The translations under genes and the position numbers were made by a program. From the NCBI GenBank assembly GCA_963725665.1, contig CAVRZA010000004.1:64001-128000 (forward strand): 64,000 bases of DNA, given 5' to 3'. Positions 56,567 to 64,000 of this stretch are shown here, in pieces (within the stretch, counting starts at the first letter, position 1; each line of letters starts with the position of its first letter). A model generated the notes under the pieces. The model had not been told where the DNA came from and searched no databases. It saw only the letters and a list, made by a program, of their open reading frames with translations. Source of the DNA: an uncultured Actinomycetes bacterium. Lineage in GTDB: Bacteria; Actinomycetota; Thermoleophilia; UBA2241.

Positions 56567-57668
56567 GGCCGGCGCTGCGGCGGCCGAGACCCGCGCGGCC
56601 GGGGGAAGGAGGCAACGGCTCTCGTTCCTCGACCGCTACCTCACGGCCTGGATCTTCCTCGCCATGGCGATCGGCGTGGGCATCGGCTGGGTGGCGCCGT
56701 CGATCAAGGACTTCTGGAACCAGTTCTCGGTGGGCACGACGAGCATCCCGATCGCCGTCGGGCTCATCGTCATGATGTACCCGCCGCTCGCCAAGGTGCG
56801 CTACGAGGAGCTGGGCGACGTCTTCCGCGACTACAGGATCCTCGGTCTCTCCCTGGTGCAGAACTGGCTCATCGGTCCCTTCGTGATGTTCTTCCTAGCG
56901 ATCATCTTCCTGCATAACTACCCCGAGTACATGGTGGGTCTCATCATGATGGGCCTCGCGCGCTGCATCGCCATGGTCATCGTCTGGAACCAGCTCGCCA
57001 AGGGCGACACCGAGTACGCCGCCGGCCTGGTCGCCTTCAACTCGATCTTCCAGGTCCTCTTCTACAGCGTTTACGCCTGGATCTTCGTCACCAAGCTGCC
57101 GCCGCTCTTCGGCCTGCAGGGCAGCGTGGTCGACATCTCCATCGGCCAGATCGCCAAGAGCGTCTTCATCTACCTCGGCATCCCCTTCGTCGCCGGCATG
57201 GTGACGCGCTACATCGGCCTGAGGACCAAGGGCCGTGAGTGGTACGAGCAGAGGTTCATCCCGCGCATCAGCCCGATCACCCTCGTGGCCTTGCTGTTCA
57301 CCATCTTCGTCATGTTCAGCTTCAAGGGCGACCTGATCGTGGAGCTGCCGCTGGACGTGCTGCGCATCGCCGTGCCGCTGCTGCTCTACTTCGTCATCAT
57401 GTTCTTCCTGAGCTTCTTCATGAGCTACCGGATGGGCGCCGACTACGAGAAGAGCGCTACCCTCTCGTTCACCGCCGCCAGCAACAACTTCGAGCTCGCC
57501 ATTGCCGTCTCGGTGGCCGTGTTCGGCATCGCCTCGGGCGAGGCGTTCGCCAGCGTCATCGGACCGCTGGTCGAGGTGCCCGTGCTGATCGGTCTGGTCA
57601 GTGTGGCCCTCTACTTCAAGCGCCGGTACTACTCTGGTGGGCGAGCTTTGGCGCGGGGAGAGACGTGA
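56559..57668 (+). CDS. acr3: ACR3 family arsenite efflux transporter
   Basis: [43 protein letters not shown]. Confidence 0.96.
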   Translation: MAEAGAAAAETRAAGGRRQRLSFLDRYLTAWIFLAMAIGVGIGWVAPSIKDFWNQFSVGTTSIPIAVGLIVMMYPPLAKVRYEELGDVFRDYRILGLSLVQNWLIGPFVMFFLAIIFLHNYPEYMVGLIMMGLARCIAMVIVWNQLAKGDTEYAAGLVAFNSIFQVLFYSVYAWIFVTKLPPLFGLQGSVVDISIGQIAKSVFIYLGIPFVAGMVTRYIGLRTKGREWYEQRFIPRISPITLVALLFTIFVMFSFKGDLIVELPLDVLRIAVPLLLYFVIMFFLSFFMSYRMGADYEKSATLSFTAASNNFELAIAVSVAVFGIASGEAFASVIGPLVEVPVLIGLVSVALYFKRRYYSGGRALARGET

Positions 57669-58208
57669 CGCGGCCGGCGGCGCTCGATCTCGAGCAGCAA
57701 GCGCTTGCGATCGATACCGCCGCCGAACCCCGTCAGGTCGCCGAGGTGACCCACGACGCGGTGGCACGGCACGACGATGGGGAGGGGGTTGCACGCCAGC
57801 GCCTGGCCGACGGCACGACCGGCGTGAGGCCGGCCGATGCGAGCGGCCAGCTCTCCGTAGGTGATCGTCTCCCCGTATCCGACCTCACGTAGTGCGTACC
57901 AGACCGCGAGCTGGAACTCCGTCCCGCTGCGTCGCGTAGGAACTGTGAAGGAGTCTGACTTCCCCGCGAAGTAGTCCCTCAAGCTGCCGTTTGGCAGTCG
58001 TGAGGATCTCGGTGTCGGCGTCGTTCGCAGCGTGGTCTGCGGCACGACGGCGCCCGTGGCTCGCGGCCGCAGGGTGCTCGTCTTCACCTTGTCCTTCCAT
58101 GCGGATCGCGACGAGCTCTCCGGCTTGCGCGACCAGCTCGAGCTCGCCTATCGGTGTGGTCATCCGCAGCGTCTTCGGGGCTTGCTTCGTCAGCCCTGCT
58201 CGTTCCAT
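57629..58208 (-). CDS. ogt: Methylated-DNA-protein-cysteine methyltransferase; apparent frameshift near 57990
   Basis: TPIGELEL N-terminus; [32 protein letters not shown]. Confidence 0.92.
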
Positions 58209-58259
58209 GTGTCCTCCTCGTTCCGACAGGACCATGTTGGCGCGTTGCGGCAGTGAGTT

Positions 58260-58316
58260 CTGGCGGGATTCGGCCACGGTCGTGCGCGTCGCACATGCCT
58301 GGCCGAATCCCGCTAG
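58260..58316. promoter_or_regulatory. Inverted pair of putative Ada-binding boxes
   Basis: CTGGCGGGATTCGGCCA and TGGCCGAATCCCGCTAG (17-bp inverted repeat, 1 mismatch) between the divergent ogt and ada-alkA genes. Confidence 0.6.
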
Positions 58317-58350
58317 TCAGGACGGCTGATGAGGGTAGACTGAGGCCACG

Positions 58351-59823
58351 ATGCTGCCGGATCTCGAGACCTGCTTCGCCGCCATGCAGAGCCGCGACAA
58401 GCGGTTCGACGGCTCGTTCTTCGTCGCCGTCGCGACGACGAGGATCTACTGCCGCCCGAGCTGCCCCGCCGTGAGTCCGAAGCGGACGAACGTGCGCTTC
58501 TACCCCACGGCGGCGGCGGCGCAGGCGGCCGGCTATCGCGCCTGCCTGCGCTGCCGCCCCGACGCCGTGCCCGGCTCTCCCGGCTGGAACCTGCGCTCCG
58601 ACGTGGCGGCGCGCGCCCTGCGGCTCGTCAGCGACGGCGTGGTGGACCGCGAGGGGGTCGAGGGGCTGGCCCGGCGCCTCGCCTACAGCCCGCGACAGCT
58701 CCGCCGGCTCCTGGTCGACGAGCTCGGCGCCGGGCCGCTCGACCTGGCCAGAGCGCAGCGCGCCCACACGGCGCGGCTGCTGATCGAGACGACGTCCCTT
58801 CCCTTCGGCGAGGTCGCCTTTGCGGCGGGGTTCTCGAGCATCCGCCAGTTCAACGACACGGTGCGCGCGATCTTCGCGCTCACGCCCAGCGATCTGCGCC
58901 GCCGCGCGGCGCGGCGGCGCGGCAGCGCCGGCGTCCCCCAGCAGCTTGGCGTCGTCGCCCTGCGGCTCCCGTTCCGGGCGCCCCTGCATCCGCAGGGGCT
59001 GCTCGACTTCTTCGCCGAACACGCGGTGTCCGGCGTCGAGGAGGTCCGTGACAACACGCTACGGCGCACGCTGCGACTACCCCACGCCTCGGGCATCGCC
59101 GAGCTGGCGCCGCGCGAGGGCTACGTGGAGTGCCTGCTGCGGCTGGGCGACCTGCGCGATCTCGCGACCGCTGTGGAGCGGTGTCGGGCGCTGTTCGACC
59201 TCGACGCCGACCCGGTCGCCGTCGATGAGGCCCTGGGACGCGATGGCCTGCTCGCTCCGCTCGTGCGCCGCGCGCCGGGTCGCCGCGTGCCCGGTACGGT
59301 GGACGGCGCCGAGCTCGCCGTCCGCGCCGTCCTGGGACAGCAGGTGTCCCTGAAGGCGGCCCGCACGCTGGCGGGGCGGCTGTCGGCGGCGCTTGGCGCT
59401 CCCATCGCCGACCCTCAGGGCACGCTGGAGCGCACGTTCCCGGCGCCCGGAGCGGTGGCCGACGCCGCTCCGTCGCTGCTGCCTATGCCGGCGAGCAAGC
59501 GCGAGACCGTGCTGACGCTCGCTCGCCTACTCGCCGAAGGAGGGCTCGTGCTCGATCCGGGAACCGACCGCGACGAAGCGCGGCGACGGCTCCTCGAGCT
59601 GCGCGGCGTGGGACCGTGGACGGCCGAGTACATCGCCATGCGCGCCCTGCGCGACGCCGACGCGTTCCCGGTCGGCGACCGCGGCGTCGCGCGCGGGCTC
59701 GAGGCGCTCGGCGAGGCGGGCGGCCGCACAGCGGCCGCCCGCCTCGCCGAGCGCTGGCGGCCCTGGCGCGCCTACGCGCTGCAGCATCTGTGGGCGGCGG
59801 CGGCGGGGCCCGTCGCTGGCTGA
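58351..59823 (+). CDS. alkA: AdaA-AlkA fusion (Ada Zn domain, AraC HTH, 3-methyladenine glycosylase)
   Basis: YCRPSC, RACLRCRP, AGFSSIRQFN, LGQQVS, LRGVGPWTA, WRPWRAYA. Confidence 0.95.
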   Translation: MLPDLETCFAAMQSRDKRFDGSFFVAVATTRIYCRPSCPAVSPKRTNVRFYPTAAAAQAAGYRACLRCRPDAVPGSPGWNLRSDVAARALRLVSDGVVDREGVEGLARRLAYSPRQLRRLLVDELGAGPLDLARAQRAHTARLLIETTSLPFGEVAFAAGFSSIRQFNDTVRAIFALTPSDLRRRAARRRGSAGVPQQLGVVALRLPFRAPLHPQGLLDFFAEHAVSGVEEVRDNTLRRTLRLPHASGIAELAPREGYVECLLRLGDLRDLATAVERCRALFDLDADPVAVDEALGRDGLLAPLVRRAPGRRVPGTVDGAELAVRAVLGQQVSLKAARTLAGRLSAALGAPIADPQGTLERTFPAPGAVADAAPSLLPMPASKRETVLTLARLLAEGGLVLDPGTDRDEARRRLLELRGVGPWTAEYIAMRALRDADAFPVGDRGVARGLEALGEAGGRTAAARLAERWRPWRAYALQHLWAAAAGPVAG

Positions 59824-59967
59824 CCGCAGCGGCGCGCAGGGGGTCGTCTCGCCGGATCGAAGCGAAGCAGCCATCTCGCGGCGGTCCTGCGCTGGCGCCG
59901 TCTCGCGTCTGGTCTTAGAGTGCCGCTGTCGAGCGGCGCCGATGTCGCGCGTCTCGAGGAGGTGACC

Positions 59968-61220
59968 ATGGGCCAGAGCGTGCTCATCCTGGGTGGCTAC
60001 GGGGTAGCCGGGCGGATGCTCGCTCGACTGTTGCTGCGCGAGTCGAAGGCCGATGTGATCCTTGCCGGACGTAGCCTCGCCAAGGCTGAGGCGGCTGCGG
60101 CGGCGCTCAATGCAGAGCCGGCGATGGACGCACGAGCGCTCGCGCCGCCGACGCCGCCGATCCCGTTTCGCTCGACGCCGCCTTCGCCGGGGTCGACCTG
60201 GTCGCCGTCTGCTCGAGCACGCTGGCCCACGTCGACACCGTGGCCAACGCCGCTCTGCGGGCCGGCGCCGACTACTTCGACCTGCAGCTCTCCGTGGCGA
60301 AGAAGTTCGCCGCTCTCGAGCGGCTGCGGAGCCGCATCGAGGACGAGGGGCGCTGCTTCATCACCGACGGCGGGATCCACCCCGGCTTGTCGGCGGCTCT
60401 GATCCGCGCGCTCGAGCCAGCCTTCGAGCGGCTCGAGCGCGCGCAGGTGGCCGGCCTCATGCGCGTCGACTGGAGGGCCTTCGACTTCTCGACCGCCACC
60501 ATCGAGGAGTTCGTCGAGGAGTTCAGGGACTACCGCGTCGAAGCGTTGCGGGACGGAGTGTGGGCCAAGGTCGGCTGGCGTGAGGCCCAACGGCGCGTCG
60601 ACTTCGGGCCGTACTTCGGCACGCACCCGTGTTCCCTGATGTACCTGGAGGAGTTGCGCCGGCTGCCGCGGCTCATCCCCAGCCTGCGGAGCTGCGGCTT
60701 CTACGTCGCCGGGTTCAACCGCGTCGTCGACTACGCCCTCATGCCGCTGGGCATGGTCGTGATGAAGGTCGCCCCCGGCCGCCTGGGGCCGCCCTACTCG
60801 AGACTGCTCGCCTGGGGGCTGCGCACCTTCCAGGAACCGCCGTACGCGACGGTGTGGCAGGTCGAGGCCGACGGCACGGCACGCGCCGACGCCGCCGACG
60901 ACGGGCGCAAGTCCGGCGGCGGGACACCGGCAGCCGGGGGCGGTGCGACACCGGCAGCCGGCGGCCGCAGGCCGCTTCATGTGCGTCTGCGCCTCATCCA
61001 CGAGGACGGCTACTTCCTCACGGCCGCCGCGGCCGCCGCGTGCCTGCTTCAGTACCTGGACGAGTCGATCCGCGCGCCGGGGCTGCATCTGCAGGCGCTC
61101 GTCGTCGAGCCCGGTCGTTTCCTTGACGATCTGCGCCGCCTTGGGGTGTCCATCGCCATCGAGGGCATCGACCTCGGTGCGCTGCTCCCCACGCGAGAGG
61201 CGCCGCCCGCGTCGGCTTGA
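59968..61220 (+). CDS. Saccharopine dehydrogenase-like NAD(P)-binding oxidoreductase; apparent frameshift near 60140
   Basis: ILGGYGVAG, ILAGRS, ADYFDL, DGGIHPGL. Confidence 0.85.
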
Positions 61221-61237
61221 CCTCCCCCGCCGCGCGG

Positions 61238-62174
61238 TCAGGCCGCGGCTTCCGGACGTGCTGCGGCGAGCGGGCTGAGGCTCGTGGCCAAGCGAGCGAC
61301 GAACCGCGGCAGCAGGTCGTCTTCGGCCACGGCGTGGTCGGGGTTCACCTCCGTGATGACGAGACCGCCGAAGGCAGGGTCTTCTGCGAACACCGATAGG
61401 GCCGCCATCGCATCGTCGATGGAGAGGCCCTGGTTGCGCTGATAGGCGTCGTCTGCGATGGGGAAGTCGACGAAGTCGATCGCGTCGACATCGAAGTGGA
61501 CGAGGAAGCGGTCGGCCCTCCCTCGTAGAGTGTCGGCGGCCTGTGCGGCGGCCTGGCGCGCGTGCCCGGCGACCTCGGTCGCCGGGTAGACCAGGCCGCC
61601 CTGCCTCGTGAGCAGGTCTCGCTCCCAGCTGGTGAGCTCGCTCTCGACAGCGGCGAAGAAGACGACATCGCCCCACGACAGGAGTGGAAAACGGGGGCCC
61701 AGGTGGCTCAGCGACGAGTCGGCCGTCGGCTCGCCGAGCACATGCGACATGCCCATCCAATCGAGGGCGCCTTTGATGGCGCTGTCGGGTGTGTTCAGGT
61801 CGGGATGGGCGTCGAGATACACGAGACCTACTCGATCGACCACGCGCACGTAGCCCGCGAGCGCGCCGAGGAGCAGAGTGCAGTCGCCGCCGATGATCAG
61901 GGGTAGCTCCTCCGCTCTGACGACCTCTTCGGTGGCGTCGGCGAGCGTGCGCGCGACCATCTCGACCCGGGGGAGGTTGTGACCTCGGGGGTGTCTCCTG
62001 TCGATGGCGAACGGCACGAGCGGCAGGTCGCCGCGATCGTCGAGCGCGATGCCGTCGCCGCGCAGACGTCTCAACGAGGCCCGCTGCGCGCAGTGCCGAC
62101 GGCGCCTTCTCGAGGCCGGGGGAGTGGGCGCCGGCCGCGCTGGGCGCCCCGATGAGTGCCAGAGTCCGTGTCAC
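61238..62174 (-). CDS. Arginase family (ureohydrolase) protein; apparent frameshift near 62070
   Basis: IGAPSAAG..GLEKAPSALR, IGGDCT, YLDAHPDLN, HFDVDAID, TEVNPD. Confidence 0.92.
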
Positions 62175-62394
62175 GTCGCCTCCAGTGCATCCGTCGGATG
62201 CTCCGTTTGCAGCCCGCCCGCAGCTAGCAGCCCGTTCCTGGCCCGGCCGTCGATCCTGCCTCCCGGGCCGGGAGTTGACTGGCTCCCGCGGCGACTATAG
62301 TCGCTGGAAGCGGCGCGCTAACCGATTGGCCGCGTGACGCGCCTCCTGTGGCTCTTCTTTGAGCGAGCTGAACCCTTGCTGTGGACGTAGTACG

Positions 62395-62414
62395 CGCTTA
62401 ACATCGCTTAACAT
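62395..62414 (+). promoter_or_regulatory. Tandem 10-bp repeat, OmpR/PhoB-type binding-site candidate
   Basis: CGCTTAACAT CGCTTAACAT about 70 bp upstream of a small secreted-protein gene. Confidence 0.5.
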
Positions 62415-62486
62415 GTTTCGAGCATGGTAATGCTCGCTTCGTGGGTATAAGGGTGCCAGACCTTATCCCGACCAAGGGGTGTGACA

Positions 62487-62714
62487 ATGCCTAGGAAGTA
62501 CCTTATCGGTCTCGTCGTGGTCCTCGTCCTCGCGCTCGCCGTGTGGCTTGTCCCCATGGCGCTGGCCGACAACAGCAGCAGTCCCGCGCCGAGCACGGCC
62601 CAGACGGCGAGCCCGGCGCCGTATCACAGCTCGGGCACGGCCAATGGCTGTGACGGAGACAACTCGGGCTCAGGCGGCTCGAGCTCCGGATCCACCTACT
62701 ACCAGACCTTCTGA
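62487..62714 (+). CDS. Small secreted Ser/Gly-rich protein
   Basis: Signal peptide MPRKYLIGLVVVLVLALAVWLVPMALA; AAGGGG RBS. Confidence 0.7.
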   Translation: MPRKYLIGLVVVLVLALAVWLVPMALADNSSSPAPSTAQTASPAPYHSSGTANGCDGDNSGSGGSSSGSTYYQTF

Positions 62715-62942
62715 CCTGCACGCGCCGGGGCACCGTGACCGCGGCGAGCCGCCGGCAGGCAACGCGAGGGGGCGGCTCCCGAGAGGGAGCCGCCCCCTCG
62801 CTGTTCCGCCGCCGCGCGCTCAGCTTAGGGCACGGGGGGCGGCGGTTCCTCGTGCTCCCATCCGGTCAGCCTCCGTGGTTGGTAGGATGTGACGTGTCTC
62901 GGTGTCGGCCGAGCACGCCTAACGAACGGAGGTCACATCGCC

Positions 62943-63221
62943 ATGACACTGCTGACCTGGGTGGTCGTCATCATCGTCGTCGCCATCGCAGCGGCGGTCG
63001 TCGGTTGGCTCGTTCTGCGGGCGCTCGGCCGCGGCACGCCGCGGGTCCCCGACGCTCTCGAGCACCTGCCGTCGCGTACCGACCAGCCCGTCGCCTTCTC
63101 GGAGGGGCGGGCGGTGACGGAAGCCGAGGAACCACCTGCAGGGACCAGCGACGACGCCGCCTTCGAACGGGTCCTGCGCGAGGAGCTCGACGAGGTCAGA
63201 GGAGAGGATCAGCAGGCCTGA
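62943..63221 (+). CDS. Small single-pass membrane protein
   Basis: GGAGG RBS, N-terminal hydrophobic helix, acidic tail. Confidence 0.7.
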   Translation: MTLLTWVVVIIVVAIAAAVVGWLVLRALGRGTPRVPDALEHLPSRTDQPVAFSEGRAVTEAEEPPAGTSDDAAFERVLREELDEVRGEDQQA

Positions 63222-63343
63222 TCCTAGCCCGGCACTGGGACGATCTGCGTGCTCAAACGGTTCCACCATCTCCGCGAAGGGAATGACGGGCGGGAACGTT
63301 TCCCTCGCCATTTGGCTATGGCCATACCGAACGGAGGCCCGCG

Positions 63344-63730
63344 ATGGGTACCGGCAATAAGGCGACATCGAAGTCTTTTGACAAGGCTGACGAACACGTA
63401 TCGAAGGGCGGCGTCGAGATCGAGGTGGTCCAGCTCGGCGATTTCAAGGCGAAGCGCGCTACCTACCCAGTGGGATGGAAGTTCTCGCGCGACATGGGCG
63501 CGCCGAAGTGCCACGACACGCACGTCGGCTACACCCTGTCCGGTCGCATAGTCGCGGAGTTCGATGACGGCACGCGGGTGGAGTTCGGGCCCGGCTCGGC
63601 CTTCATCGTGCCGGCAGGGCACGACGCCCACGTAGTCGGCGACGAGCCCTGCGTGATCGTGCAGTTCGACGAAGGTGAGTCGGCGGCGCGCCGCTTCAAC
63701 GTCCCGAGCGTCGTCTCGAAGGCTGCCTGA
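63344..63730 (+). CDS. Cupin domain protein
   Basis: YPVGWKFS, CHDTHVGY.LSG, VPAGHDAHVVGDEPC. Confidence 0.9.
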   Translation: MGTGNKATSKSFDKADEHVSKGGVEIEVVQLGDFKAKRATYPVGWKFSRDMGAPKCHDTHVGYTLSGRIVAEFDDGTRVEFGPGSAFIVPAGHDAHVVGDEPCVIVQFDEGESAARRFNVPSVVSKAA

Positions 63731-63909
63731 GTGTCTCGCGGAGACTGAATCTCACCGTCTGTGTGCGAGGGGCCGCCGGTAGGCGGCCCCTCGCCGTCCG
63801 GGCTCCGGAGTACACTCCCATCCGTGAAACGGCGCAGAAGCAGGCTGAGACGCGGCCGCGAGAGTCCTGCCCTGGGAGGGTCTGCGAACGAGGTCCGGGG
63901 AGAGACGGA

Positions 63910-64000
63910 ATGATCGACGGCATGCACGCCATCGTCTATACGCGCGATGCCAACGCGGCGCGCGCCTTCTTTCGCGACACCCTTGGTCTGCCCTCTGTCG
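63910..64000 (+). CDS. VOC/glyoxalase family protein (truncated by the window end)
   Basis: MIDGMHAIVYTRDANAARAFFRDTLGLPSV. Confidence 0.8.
   Translation, partial: MIDGMHAIVYTRDANAARAFFRDTLGLPSV

Noticed and set aside
60915-60962. 24-bp duplication (GGGTPAAG/GGATPAAG) in the dehydrogenase
   Set aside because: In-frame low-complexity loop expansion with no further signal

Overview
High-GC Actinomycetota-type DNA (possibly Thermoleophilia-like; inferred from gene content and codon style only). No rRNA, complete tRNA, CRISPR array, integrase or transposase was recognised. The first ~4.3 kb looks like an integration hotspot. It holds three ~60-bp direct repeats ending in a tRNA-Ala-like 3' end (TAGRTCCACCA), whose conserved arm also shows codon-level conservation on the minus strand, plus further degenerate att-like sites. 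These repeats bound small cargo modules (RHH-ABC-RHH; a low-GC DUF1801 gene) and are followed by a DUF4062-NACHT-beta-propeller gene coupled to a TPR-like gene, a candidate defence system. The rest is mixed housekeeping and accessory DNA: L,D-transpeptidase, ANT-like nucleotidyltransferase, csp plus an RpoD-like sigma, two paralogous B12 radical SAM genes, a two-TA islet, YmdB, UvrD-like helicase, several ABC exporters, a membrane-fused ECF sigma, an ars cluster with arsM, ada-alkA/ogt and an arginase-family gene. More than a dozen otherwise intact genes carry single-base frameshifts, most simply explained as uncorrected long-read errors. All family assignments come from motif recognition by eye, not database searches.
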